Assembly (NCBI RefSeq): GCF_009914755.1
Contig: NC_060934.1
DNA from: the human T2T-CHM13v2.0 reference genome, Homo sapiens
Strand: one strand, 5' to 3'
DNA: 64,000 bases
In this document: positions 11,064 to 26,075 of the stretch, one piece after another
Numbering within the stretch: the first letter of the stretch is position 1
Layout of the letters: each line of letters starts with the position of its first letter
Translations under genes and position numbers: made by a program
The notes under the pieces: model-generated
Databases searched by the model: none
Told to the model about the DNA's origin: nothing
What the model saw: the letters and a program-made list of their open reading frames with translations, nothing else

Positions 11064-12174
11064 ATTTATGATAGAAAATAGAAGGAAACAGCATTCGGGA
11101 TGTCCTTCTGAACATAAAGCAAAGCCCTGACTATAAAATAAGACATAAAAATATTGCAATGATAAGACAACTCAGTGATGAGGAGAAGGGTTGACATGGT
11201 CATTAAACAGGTAGAAATTTTTAAAAAGCAGAATGAGACAAGGCTGTGATGTGAACGACAAGCTTGAGTCAGTAGGCTGAAATACAGCAAAAAGAACACT
11301 GAACTTTTTAGGCTTGAGTCAATATCATGCTTCTAATTATGATAGCCTTAGAACAAGCTTTAATATCTGATTCAGTTATTCACTTTTAGTCTTCTTTTTT
11401 CAAATGTTTAAACATAATTCCACACTTTCTTCCTTTCAATAAAATTTTTCCAGATCTAACAAATAAAATACCACTGTAAATGTATGCAAACAAAATATAT
11501 ATTAAGTTGATGAGAATGTCTATTTTTACTTACATGGAGTCAATGAATTATGTGTTCTCATTTATTTAAGGCTGTTTCCTTGTCCACCGACTAAGGTACT
11601 GCACATCTTAATTAAGTTTTTATTAAATATATTCCCATATACTGTCACTGTTTACCTCTTATTTGGGACCCTAAAGCTACACTCTCTTAAAGGTGAAACA
11701 CTAGGGTTATTTTTGTTAAAGTGAAAATGGCCCCATCACCTTTATGGTTAACATTGCTTTATAAACATTCTGCAATAAACTAAGACTCTTAAAAAGCAAT
11801 GTAAGTACAAATATTTAAAGTAAGGAAATGACTTTTTAGTGATGAGCAGATGCTTGGAATTCTACCTTCAAGAAAATCAACTCAACTTATGATAACTAAG
11901 GTAAGAGTTTTGTAAGATGGTAAGTTACAATAGGATTAAATAAAATTATGACTGTAAAGTACCTGGACCAAATTGCAATGCTTCACTGTTTGTTAGTTTT
12001 TAGTGTTATGGCCTTAGCTATTCAAGCATATACTGGTGCACATTTGGGAGAACATTTCTATGTGGAAATGTGGAAGAGGAACTGATGGGCCATGGGCCAT
12101 GCACATTTTCAACTCCACCAGATCCTGCCAAATGGCTCACCAATTTACACCCCCATGAATACTACGGTGTATAC

Positions 12175-13682
<1,508 letters not shown>

Positions 13683-14487
13683 TTTTAAATAAATCACTTT
13701 ACACACTAATTTTCAAGATCATATCACTCCAAAAAGCAAGACAAACCTTTTTCTTGACAGCAGTTAAAAATCTATAGAATTCTCTAAACAAAATTTTTCA
13801 ACAGAGAAAATTATATTAACTGATTTTTTTCTGCCAGAGATGAAAATTTTCCGGTGTCTAGGATAACTCAATTGGACAAGAATAACTGAAAAATACCAAC
13901 ATTCGTACATTTTCTTGTTAAGTTTATCACAACTTACTAAATGCTATATTATATGCTTAGTTCTATAAATGTATACATGTATATACACTAAATACTGCTA
14001 TATATATATATAAAGCCATATATATTTAGTAACATATCATCTTTTCTCATGTTGATGTACTTTGATCATTGATGAGCTCAATAAAAACTGAAGATAAAAG
14101 CTTAGAATCACCATAACAATTGTGTAGGGAGAGAAAATATAGGAAGAAGTAGGAGAATATAGCTTATAAAACAATCAAGGGGGAATATCATTGCTATCAG
14201 TATTTTCATGAAGAAAACATGAATACTGTAGAAGGAATATAGAAATATACGATGAAAGTCCTAACCCAGTAAGTAGTTGATTCAAATGTTGCCTAATAAA
14301 TCCAAAACTTATTTAAACTCAACGCAATTTAAGTAAACCCATACTCCACTCAGCTAACACACAGCAGATTGTAATCCTGTCTCCTTGCCAAAAATGAAAG
14401 TTTGTCTCTGTTCCTTCCATAAGAACTTTGGGTTTTACTATATAGCATTTCAGGATTAGAACTGATCAATGCAAAATTGCACATGTG

Positions 14488-14807
14488 GGCCGGGCGCAGT
14501 GGCTCACACCTGTAATCCCAGCACTTTGGGAGGCTGAAGCAGGCAGATCATGAGGTCAGATCGAGACCATCCTGGCTAACATGGTGAAACCCTGTCTCTA
14601 CTAAAAATACAAAAAATTAGCCAGGCATGGTGGCGGGCGCCTGTAGTCCCAGCTACTCAGGAGGCTGAGGCAGGAGAATGGCGTGAACCCAGGAGGCGGA
14701 GCTTGCAGTGAGCCGAGATTGCACCACTGGACTACAGCCTAGGCAACAGAGAAAGACTCCGTCTCAAAAAATAAAAAAATAAAAATAAAAAAAATAAAAA
14801 ATAAAAT
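14488..14807 (+). mobile_element. AluY/Sc
   Basis: CCATCCTGGCTAAC and GAATGGCGTGAACCC diagnostics; TSD AAAATTGCACATGTG. Confidence 0.95.
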
Positions 14808-14827
14808 AAAATTGCACATGTGATCTA

Positions 14828-15108
14828 GGCCAGAGGCAGTGGCTCATGCCTGTAATCCCAGCACTTTGGGAGGCTGAGGTGGGCGGATCACCTGAGGTCA
14901 CGAGTTCGAGACCAGCCTAGCCAACATGGCAAAACCCCATCTCTACTAAAAACACAAAAATTAGCCAGGCATGGTGGTGGCTGCCTGTAATCCCAGCTAC
15001 TCAATAGGCTGTGGCAGGAGAATCGCTTAAACCCAGGAGGTGAGTACAGTGAGCCAAGATCACACTATGGCATACCAGTCTAGGTGACAGAGTGAGACCC
15101 TGTCTCAG

Positions 15109-15140
<32 letters not shown>

Positions 15141-15159
15141 AGAGAAAAAGAAAGAAAAG
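14828..15159 (+). mobile_element. AluSx-like
   Basis: Full dimer with long poly(A). Confidence 0.95.
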
Positions 15160-16330
15160 AAATTGCACCTGTGACCTGCCAATTGTACCTGTGACCTGAC
15201 ATATCAGTAAAATAGAGCATCGAGCCTGGAAACTGCCCACATTAGAGCAATGTTTCTAGTGTGTTTAAAACAAGCAGTGGGCTAGTCTAGCAGGAGGCAT
15301 CAGTGGCCAGTGGGCCATAGCAGAGCCTGGGCAAAAAGGTCTGGGAAATGAGTAAAACATGTTTAGACAGTAGTAGGCAGATAACCTGGAGCACAACAGA
15401 GGTCTCTAGTTAACTGGAAGTAGAGTCAAGATCGGAACCTATGAACCCACTTTCCATAGGAGTGCCCTGGTCAGCTGCACACTTGAAGTCAGGCTCACTG
15501 AATGGTTCAAGTTCGGGGTCTGGGAAGAAAAGAAGAATCAAAGATGACTCTGAGGTCTGTGATGGGAAGAACAATGGTACTGCTAAGATAAATAGGGAAT
15601 GTCAGGAGGTAGGCCTCGTTTCAGTTCCTTGGTGATAAGGTTTAGCTTTCACTGGGGTGTAGGGAGGCTCAGATGTTGGAGAAGGGATTTGTCTATGCCT
15701 GAAGCAGGCTATTCTTAGAAGTTCAAGCTGGCTTAAACATCTACAAATCAGCATGGAGAGACTGTTGAGATGTTGGTAGGCACGCCTGTGCAGGTAGTGG
15801 TAAGACCACAGTAGAAAGAATACATAGGAATGATTGACCTGCTCTGTAATTAGCTAACTGTGCAAGAATCACAACAAAAAGTGCCATTGAGAAGATTATG
15901 GTGAATGTTTAATTTTTAATAAGAACAGTTCTGTATAATTTCTAGGCATGAAGAAATCATGTAGAAATTTTGGAAGTAGCAAATAAATGTGTTGCTATTA
16001 AAATATGCTACTGGATCCTTACCAGAAATCGGTTATGACCATAGCACAAAAATACAGAGTGAGAACAAGCTGCAATTGACAGGCAGAATCTAATCATCTA
16101 ATCCCATAAAAGCAAACAGAGAAGAACTGAAATGGTTTGAACACATACAAGGTCTTTTCCTGTAATTATTTTGAAGTAGTTACAAATTACTCAAACTCTT
16201 CCAGCAAAAAATGGCTCAAAGCAAAACTGAGAAAGAAAGTAGACATAGGATGAGAATGAGGTAATCATAAGGGAACAACTAGAAGGAAATTTGGGGGGAT
16301 TACTTATTTGAGGTATGCTCAAGGTATCTA

Positions 16331-16693
<363 letters not shown>

Positions 16694-17157
16694 TCAAGGA
16701 CTCAGAAAACTCTCCTAACCTAACCCTAACCATAACAATCCCATAAAACTGTTGGCAGCAGATGCACCTGTCACATGTCTATGGTTGGTCCATGCTGAGC
16801 TGTCTTGGTGCCCAGACTTAAACAAACTGCCTCCACTAACATTAGGCCAGCGTTTGGCCCTCTCTATGGAGCTGTGCTGACCCTCTCTGTAAGGTAACAC
16901 AGCTGCAGCCAACAGAACTACACACTCACTTAGTTATGTGAATCAGGAGTATCAACGGAACTAGTTACAAAGACTTCTGGAATCTCACAATTCAGGACTA
17001 AAGAGGGTCTGGATTTGTAGATAATTTTAAAATACTTATGAATCTAATTATCCATAACAAAGTTAAAAGTAAAATTAAATGAAACAATGCTAATAGTTTG
17101 GAAATTAGACAATAAGAATGGGAAAAAATATATCTTAGAGTTCTTGAAGTAAAAATA

Positions 17158-17525
17158 CGATAGTCCCTAACTTATTATGATCATTTGACTTAACAGTTTT
17201 TTTTACTTCACAATGGTACAAAAGCAATAGGCATTTTGTAGAAACCATACTTCAAGTAGTCATACAACTATTTTGTTTTCCAGTATCAGTACAGTAGTTA
17301 ATTACATGAAATACTCAACACTTTATTATAAAACAGGCTTTGTGTTAGATGATTTTGCCCAACTGTAGGCGAATGTAAATGCTCTGAGCATATTTAAGGT
17401 AGCCTAGGATAAGCTATGATGTTAGGTGGGTTAGGTATATTAAACGCATTTTCTACTTATGATATTTTCAACTTATGATGGGTTTATAAGGATGTAACCC
17501 TATCATAAGTCAAAGTGCATCCACA
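17158..17525 (-). mobile_element. MER47A (TcMar-Tigger)
   Basis: Full-length match to recalled consensus (GGCTTTGTGTTAGATGATTTTGCCCAACTGTAGGC). Confidence 0.85.
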
Positions 17526-18585
17526 TAATAAAAATAGATTTTCCCTGGAATTTAATGCCTGTCTCACTAACGTGTTAGAAAAATACTACTCATTTCAAGA
17601 GAAAACAGTAAACTCAAGAAGGGAGTAAAAACAAATAGACCTTTACTAAGTATTTCAATGGATTTTAAAATACTATAATTTTTCAATTCACAGAAGGTAG
17701 TGTAATAGATCATGAAATAGATACAAAGAACAGATAAAGGAAGCACTGCCTTCAGCTTGCAAAGAGGAAGAATTCACAAAATCAAGCCATGGCATTTTAC
17801 TTGTAGAGCAATATTATAGGGTATTTCATTCCTTACATACCATACATCGCTCTTAACCAGGAAGTACAAATGTCAGCAACTATTCTATGTCATATTGCTT
17901 TGAATCTCTTTAATTCAGACATATTTTAAAAAACAGAAAATCTTCACAGCCAATGAAATGATAAAAAAAATTTTAGAAATCACCATCTACGTTCCTTTTT
18001 CACCCTTCAAAAAATATACATTCCAACAGCAGGTATACCTCTGTATACGATTCTAATGATTGAAATCTGTGGCAAAAATAAAAAGTAAAATCGAGTCAAC
18101 AAACAAAAATTTCATAAAAGGTTGTTCTTCAACTTTGAAATTAGCCAGTCCTCAACTATGTAGGGTGTGAATCACAGGTCCTATAGAAAGGATGCTTGTG
18201 ACCATATTTTATGGGCTTTATTAAGACCCAAACCTACATAAGCACCTCTCTACTTATGTAGTAAATTTAAGGATATAAGAAAAAGCATGATTTCAACAAT
18301 GGCAGAAGCTTTGTAAATTATTCTGAACGTAAGTTCTCGCCAGCTTATACCTCCCCATGGTTTTCTTGGAAATTCTGAAACACTGGATCATTTCTGTGCC
18401 TTTGCTAATCAGAATACCATATAGAATAATTTAGCTGACTGGGTCTTTTGAAAATTATGGTGAAAATGAATATAATTCAAATGAAACAGTTCGATGGATA
18501 ATGGCTCTGTAGAGGTAGCCATTAGGGTAACGATAATGAAATTCAAAATTAATTCAGTTCAATTCAGCAAATATTTATTAGTTTT

Positions 18586-19668
18586 TGATTATACTTTAAG
18601 TTCTGGAATACATGTGCAGAACGTGCAGTTTTGTTACATAGGTACACACATGCTACGGTGGTTTGCTGCACCCATCAACCAATCATCCATATTAGGTATT
18701 TCTCTTAATGCTATCCCTCTCCTAGTCCCCCAATCCCCCGACAGGCCCTGGTGTGTGATGTTCCCCTCCCTGTGTCCATGTGTTCTCATTGTTCAACTCC
18801 TACTTATGAGTGAGAACATACGGTGTTTTGGTTTTCTGTTCCTGTGTTAGTTTGCTTAGAATGATGGTTTCCAGTTTCATCCACTTCCCTGCAAAGGGCA
18901 TGAACTCATCCTTTTTTAAGTCCGCATCATTTTCCATGGTGTGTATGAGCCACATTTTCTTTATCCAGTCTATCATTGACGGGCATTTGGGTTGGTTCCA
19001 AGTCTTTGCTATTGTAAATAGTGCTGCAATAAACATACGTGCGCATGTGTCTTTATAGTAGAATGATTTATAATCCTTTGGGTATATACCCAGTAACGAG
19101 ATTGCTGGGTTAAATGGTATTTCTTGTTCTAGATCCTTGAGGAATTTCCACACCATCTTCCACAATGGTTGAACTAATTTACACTTCCACCAACAGTGTA
19201 AAAGCGTTCCTATTTCTCCACATCCTCTCCAGCATCTATTGTTTCTTGACCTGTTAATGATCGCCATTCTAACTGGCATGAGGTGGTATCTCACCACAAT
19301 TTTGGTTTGCATTTCTCTAATGAGCAGTGATTATGCACTTTTTTTCATATGTTTGTTGGCCACATGAATGTCTTCTTTTGAGAAGTGTCCATTCATATCC
19401 TTCACCCACTTTTTGATGGGGTTGTTTTTTTCTTGTAAATGTGTTTAAGCTCCTTGTAGATTCTGGATATTAGCCCTTTGTCAGATGAGTAGATTGCAAA
19501 AATTTTCTCCCATTCTGTAGATTGCCTGTTCACTATGATGATAGTTTCTTTTGCTGTGTAGAAGCTCTTTTGTTTAATTAGATCCCATTTGTCAATTTTG
19601 GCTTTTGTTGCCATTACTTTTGGTGCTTTAGTCATGAAGTCTTTGCCCACGCTATGTCCTGAATAGTA
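18586..19668 (-). mobile_element. L1PA (about PA7) 3' non-inverted segment
   Basis: ORF2 C-terminal peptides ([14 protein letters not shown]; KIDKWDLIK) and primate L1 3'UTR. Confidence 0.95.
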
Positions 19669-20315
19669 CCTAGGAATACAACTTACAAGGGATGTGAAGA
19701 ACCTCCTCAAGGAGAACTACAAACCACTGCTCAAGGAAATAAGAGAGGACACAAACAAATGGAGAAACATTCCATGCTCATGGATAGGAAGAATCAATAT
19801 CGTGAAAATGGCTATACTGCCCAAAGTAATTTAAAGATTCAATCCTATCCCTATCAAGCTACCATTGACTTTCTTCACAGAATTAGAAGAAACTACTTTA
19901 AGTTTCATATGGAACCAAAAAAGAGCCTGCATAGCCAAGACAATCCTAAGCAAAAAGAACAAAGCTGGAGGCATCACACTACCTGACTTCAAACAATACT
20001 ACAAGTCTACAGTAATCAAAACAGCATGGTACTGGCACCAAAACAGACATATAGACCAATGGAACAGAAGAGAGGCCTCAGAAATAATGCCACACATCTA
20101 CAACCATCTGATCTTTGACAAATCTGACAAAACCAAGCAATGGGGAAAGGATTCCCTATTTAATAAATGGTGCTGGGAAAACTGGCTAGCCATATGCACA
20201 AAACTGAAACTGGACCCCTTCCTTACAACTTATACAAAAATTAACTGAAGATTGATTAAAGACTTAAATGTAAAACCTAAAACCGTTAAAACCCTAGAAG
20301 AAAACCTGGGCAATA
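19667..20315 (+). mobile_element. L1PA inverted 5' segment
   Basis: ORF2 peptide MTFFTELE...[15 protein letters not shown], contiguous in L1 coordinates with the minus segment. Confidence 0.95.
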
Positions 20316-20319
20316 TTAG

Positions 20320-21370
20320 CTTTATGTGTAAAGTTGCAGAGGTGTTCTACGTTTACAGAGATACAAAGATGAATGAGATGAGTTTCTTTCTCTCAAAGTC
20401 TTCACAGCTTCCAGGTGAAGCCAGAAATGTAAACTCCATAATAAAGGTACAAATCTCAGTACTAGAGACTCTCAACCTTCATAAGAAATTTCCTGTTTAC
20501 TAGGGGATGAGAGAAGGCTTGCAGAGGAGATAGCCTTTGGAGAAGACCTTTGACAGAAAGAGATGGAAGAGGGCCTGGTGTGGAAGCTCCTGCCTGTAAT
20601 CCCAGCACTCTAGGAGGCCAGGAGGGGTGGATCACTTGAGCATAGGAGTTCAAGACCAGCTTGGGTAATGTAGCGAAACCCCATCTCTACAAAAAATACA
20701 AAAACTACCCAGATGTGGTGGTATATCCCTGTAGTCCCAGCTACTCAGGAGGCTGAAGTGGGAGGATCACTTGAGCGGCGGAGGTTGAGACTACAGTGAG
20801 CCGTGATCGTGCCACTGCACTGCGGAGCTTGGGCAACAGAGCAAGAAGACCCTGTCTCTGAGAGAAAAAAAAAAAAAAAAAAGAGAGATGGGAGAGACAG
20901 CAAAGAGAAGAGAAAAGTGAAAAGTGAGGGTGCATTCCTAGAATGGCAAGGGATCAAGTGAGACAAACACAGAGGGGCAAAGTGGGAAATAAGTCCGACC
21001 AGAGAGTGTGGTGATAATTGTGGAAAGCTATCAAGCTACTAGCTAAGGGCCAGCAACGAGGGAACAGCACAGGCAATTGAGCAGAGGAGTGATATAATTA
21101 GATCTGTATTTCAGCCCAAGCATCCAGGCAGGCATGTGTGGGGTGAACAGCAACCAGGAGTGACTGACTCAGGAGGCCAGTTCCAGAATCATTGCAAGAG
21201 TCTAGGTAAGAGGATGTGAGAGCAATGGGAACAGTAAGTGGGGTATGGCCAGAGGGAAATGAAATGAGGCGCTGGGTACAAAGTCAAATGTCAAACTGAA
21301 ACAACAGGAGGTGGAGACCCTATTGGCTATAGGGACTGGAGGAAGGGATGGAAGCAATGAAGCTCAAAGT
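20320..21370. mobile_element. L2 remnant (host of the L1PA and an Alu)
   Basis: GATACAAAGATGAATGAGA...; GAGCAGAGGAGTGATATAATTAGAT; continues the L2 tail at about 18555-18580. Confidence 0.6.
20572..20882 (+). mobile_element. AluJ
   Basis: Full dimer; AGAGATGG.AGAG on both flanks. Confidence 0.9.
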
Positions 21371-21603
21371 TACTTTCTTTAATTCAGACTTACACAAAAG
21401 TTGCAAAAATTACTATAAATAATTTCCATAGCTCCTCACCCAAATTTCTCAAATGTCACATCTTATCCTATTTGCTGTATCATTATGTCTTCCTTTCTCT
21501 TCTTCTCTTCCCCTTACACACATTATTATATACATTTTCTGAAAAATGCCTTTGAAGTTCTGAGCCTTGAGGTATTGAGAAACTTGTGACAAAAGTAATC
21601 GAA

Positions 21604-21911
<308 letters not shown>

Positions 21912-22227
21912 TCAAGAGGGTGAATATGAAGCCAGAAAAGTGGGATGGGGGTTGGGAAGCACGTAGTGTAGAAGCTAGGAAGGAGCACAGAAATTCTGCA
22001 AACCCTTTCCTCATGTATATTTCAACAGTGAATGTTCCTCTGCTGACTAGAAATGATTTTCCTTTCTAACAAGTGTGCAACTCCAAAAAAAAACACAGAG
22101 CAGCACCTTGACAGAGGGCAATGCCCAATCCCACTAGTTCAGACAAACACATTCAGGTGATCAGATATGGCAGCAGATCAACCTAGACATTAACCTAGAT
22201 GTCTGTCCTCCCTCCAATTCTGAAACC

Positions 22228-22660
22228 TTCATTCATTCATTCATTCATTCAACAAATATTTGTTTGATATGTTACACACTGTCCTACATACTGGAAATTC
22301 AGGAGTAGACAAAATACAGTCCATCATTTTCATGAAACTTACACGGCAATGGAAAGAAAGAGACAATAAACAAACAAATAATCCTGAGATAAGGGCTATG
22401 AAGAACAAATGAACTGGGTAAATGGTAGAGTGGCAGGTCAGGTTTGGGGAGTCGAAAAATATTTGATAAACTGATATTTACAATATCATTATTGTTATTA
22501 TCAATTACAGTATAAATATCAATGTAAACCTATTTACAATAAATGGGTAAAGAAGTCATGTGGATATAAGCATAAACAGAGCATTTCCAAAAGGAGGAAC
22601 AGAGAGAACAAAGGCCCTAACTGGGAGCATATTTAGTGTGTCTCGGCTACATCAAGGAGA
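22228..22660 (-). mobile_element. L2 3' fragment
   Basis: (TTCA)n CAACAAATATTT L2 tail and downstream similarity. Confidence 0.7.
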
Positions 22661-22679
22661 CTTCTATTAAATTGGACAT

Positions 22680-23600
22680 ATTCCTAAAGCAAATACCAAA
22701 ACAATAAAACAAAGAATTACAGTTAATAAGTCAACAGAGGAGATCAAATGGAACATAATGTTCAATTAATCCCAACGTAGGCAGAATAAGAGGAAAAGGG
22801 GAACAAAGAACAAATGACATAAATAAAAAACAAATAGCAAGATTATGAGCTCAAATATAATCATATCAATAATAACAACATTACATGTAAATGGTCTAAA
22901 CACCCAATTAAAAGGCAGAGATTGTCATATTGGGTAAGACAGCACTATAGGCTGCCTATAAGAAATACACTTCAAATAGAAACACACAAATGGATTTAAA
23001 GTTAGAAAATGGAAAAAGATATAGCCTAAGACTCTAATAAAAAGAAAGTTGAAGTGGCTACAGTAATGTGAGACAAAGTAGATCCCAGAGCCAAGATTAT
23101 TTTGAGAGATAAAGTCATTTCATAAAAGATAAAGGGTAAAGGATCAGTTCAACAGGAAGACATAGCAATCCTAAATGTTTAGATTCCCTAATAACAGAGC
23201 TTCAAAATACATGAAGCAATTACTGATAGAAATGCAAGAAGAAATATAGAAATCCACATTATAATCATATATTTTTTGTTTGGTTTTTGTTATTTTGTTT
23301 TTTATAAAGATAGGGTCTTGTTATGTTACGTAGGCTGGTCTCAACTCCTGGCCTCCCAAAGTGCTGGGATTACAGGTGTGAGCCACAATGCCAAGCTTAG
23401 AATCTTATCTTTCAACACCTCTCTCTCAATAATTATTAGAACAACTAGACAGAAAATAAACAATAATATAGTAGACTTGAATGCTACCAATAAACTTGAC
23501 ATAACTGACATTTATGGAATGCTGTATTCAAAAACAACAGAATACACATTCTTCTCAAAAACACTCAGAATATTTACCAAAATTTCAAATATACATCACC
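22680..23600 (+). mobile_element. old L1M fragment (inter-ORF / ORF2 endonuclease region)
   Basis: AATGGTCTAAACACCCAATTAAAAGGCAGAGATTG; peptide remnants RTTRQKIN, EYTFFSK. Confidence 0.85.
23271..23395 (-). mobile_element. FLAM inside L1
   Basis: Alu left monomer, reverse complement. Confidence 0.75.
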
Positions 23601-23931
23601 TGTATCACTCCAGGCAAGAGCAGTTAATGATCAACATGGCAACCTCTTCACTCTAGCTCACAGAGTCACTTGCTTTTTGAACTATTTTCTTTTCATTTTC
23701 ACAGGTGAATACAAATACAGTCACAAAGTACTTTAAACAAACACAATCACAGAGTTTCTACTATACCAAGAAAAACCCATGGTCCAGATCAGGACTACAG
23801 ATCAGTGCCATCTTATTCTCCCACACATTGGTTAGCCAGTAAAACATAGTTTACTCGGCTTCTCCACTCAAAAGTGCTCTGTTGATTCCTAAACCATTAA
23901 CTCTGTCTAAGTCAAAGTTTGAGTCTGCCCC

Positions 23932-24345
23932 ATGTCTTAGTCCATTTGATTTGCTATAAAGGAACATCTGAGCTGAGTAATTTATAAAGGAAAGAGATTC
24001 ATTTAGCTCACAGTTCTGCAGGCTGTACAGGAAGCATGGCGCCAGCATATGCTTTTGGTAAGGACTTCAGGTTGCTTCTACTCATGGTGGAAGGAAAAGC
24101 GGAGATAGCACATACAGAGATAACATGGTGAGAGAGCAAGGGAGGGAGGTGCCAGGCTCTTTTTAACAATCAATTCTCACAGGAACTAACAGAATGAGAA
24201 TTTGCTCAATGCTGCAAGGACAGCACCAAACCCTTTATAAAGGATCTGTGAACAAAATCCTAACATCTCCTACCAGGCCCCACCTCCAACACTGAGGATC
24301 AAAATTCAACATGAGATTTGGAGGAGACTAATATTCAAACACCAC
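23932..24345 (-). mobile_element. MaLR solo LTR (MSTB-like)
   Basis: TGTCTTAGTCCATTT...GCAGGCTGTACAGGAAGCATGGCGCCAGC. Confidence 0.9.
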
Positions 24346-24477
24346 CACCATATATAGCTGTGTTTTAGAAATTTTTCAATGTTAACTACTATGGAGTTCC
24401 AACAGACACCATCCATTTGCTGTTACAAAATAATCACATTTAACACCATCAAATTAATGAAAATACCATCTCGATGT

Positions 24478-24845
24478 AGAGTTCTCAGATTTAGCAAATA
24501 AAAATACAGGACAGAGGTCCAGTTAACTTTGAATTTTGGATTTTAAATAAACATTTTTTTTGAGACAGAGTGTCACTCCATCACCCAGGCTGGAGTGCAG
24601 TGGCAGAATCTCGGCTCACTGCAACCTCTACCTCCAGGTTCAAGTGATTCTCGTGCTCAGCCTCCCGAATAGCTGGGATTACAGGCATACACCACCATGC
24701 CCAGCTAATTTTTGTATTTTTAGTAGAGATGGGGTTTCACCATGTTGGCCAGGCTGGTCTCAAACTCCTGACCTCAAGTGATCCACACCCCATAGTGTAA
24801 TTATGTCCCCAATATCGCATGGAGCCTAATTATTTTAGATCACCT
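24478..24845. mobile_element. MER53 remnant interrupted by an Alu
   Basis: CAGATTTAGCAAATAAAAATACAGGA...CCAGTTAA.TTTGAATTT. Confidence 0.7.
24554..24790 (-). mobile_element. AluS, 5'-truncated
   Basis: Alu reverse complement ending at GTGATCCAC. Confidence 0.9.
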
Positions 24846-25699
24846 AGAAAGAACAGGTGAGAACCACATGGTAAATTCTCGTGAAGAAAAGTTAAGAGGC
24901 CATGGGGCCTATGTGTGGTGAAATGAGTAAGTATAGGATCTAAAACAAAACCAAACAGACAGAAAGAAGAATGGTGAGAAGTGTAGAATCAGGTGCAACC
25001 CAATATCTGACACAGGAATAATCTCTATGGCTTTCTCCACGAGGTGGTTGTTCAGCCCCAGCATGAACATCAGTATAATTAGAGTACAAGAAGAAATTAG
25101 ACATCCACAGTATAATCAGATATTCTAATACCCTACTCTCAATAATTAGCTCTTGAAGCCTACAAGCTACAGTGCTGTATTTGTCTTGAATCTTTCTGGA
25201 ACTTCCACATGTGATAATTAAAATAATTCTGCTATTGCTATTTTTATGGCTGTATATTGCTCTGACTTTCAAAATGAAAGCTTTAATCTATAATCACACA
25301 CCAAGGCTCCTGAGCAAAGGATACAATCTTTATTCATAAAACCATTCCCTCAAGTAACCACTCTATATGGGTTAGAAATAGGGAGGGAGAAAAAAGGAGG
25401 GGGACAAGGAAGGAGGGAATGAGCAAGAAAATATAAATAAAGTTGCTTTTGCCAACAATGCACTTGTAGAGGCAAGGAAAATGGATATGCTTTAAGAATT
25501 CCTCAGGGCCAAGGCAATAGTTATCTTTGCATCCTCAACCTCTAATTTGAGATCTCTCATAAAAAGAATAATGCCATACAGTCTTAGAATAGTAGTAGAC
25601 TCATATAGCATCAAACACACCACATTGACTACAACAACCAAGCCTACTGAAAATGGAGGCATTGGAACATCATTTGGTTCCCTATATTCACACCAGACT

Positions 25700-26075
25700 G
25701 TTCTTACATCTTGCAGGTCAAAGATAATTGACTCTAATTTAGAAGAAGGGACAGGAAAAACTCTTAGAAGAATGATATTGCACATCTTCCTTGCTAAATT
25801 GTTTTAGCCTTTCCTGCAAAAACAGGCAGGAAGTTCTTTTTCATAACTCACCCCAATAACTCCTATTGTAGTTCAAGTTGACATCCTTTGATATCTATTA
25901 ATATATTCCACAGAGAGAAAGAACAGCTAGTTACTATCTCCTGGACAGTCCTCATTCGGGCACTGAAAAATCCCGACTCAATAACTCCATCAGCCTTCTT
26001 GGAGATTTAATCATTTCAGGTCTTGTGACCTTTGTTAATAAGTCCTATTTTTCAAGGCTTTGTTCATTTTTCATC
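25700..26075. mobile_element. L3/CR1 remnant
   Basis: AGGAAGTTCTTTTTCATAACT...CAGCCTTCT resembles L3; highly diverged. Confidence 0.45.

Noticed and set aside
11262-11321. GCTTGAGTCA twice, 50 bp apart (AP-1 pair)
   Set aside because: Short motif in a probable MIR-like remnant; insufficient without chromatin data
18800-20248. L1 ORF2 peptides as a functional reverse transcriptase gene
   Set aside because: 5'-truncated, inverted and broken into short frames; no ORF1, endonuclease or RT core
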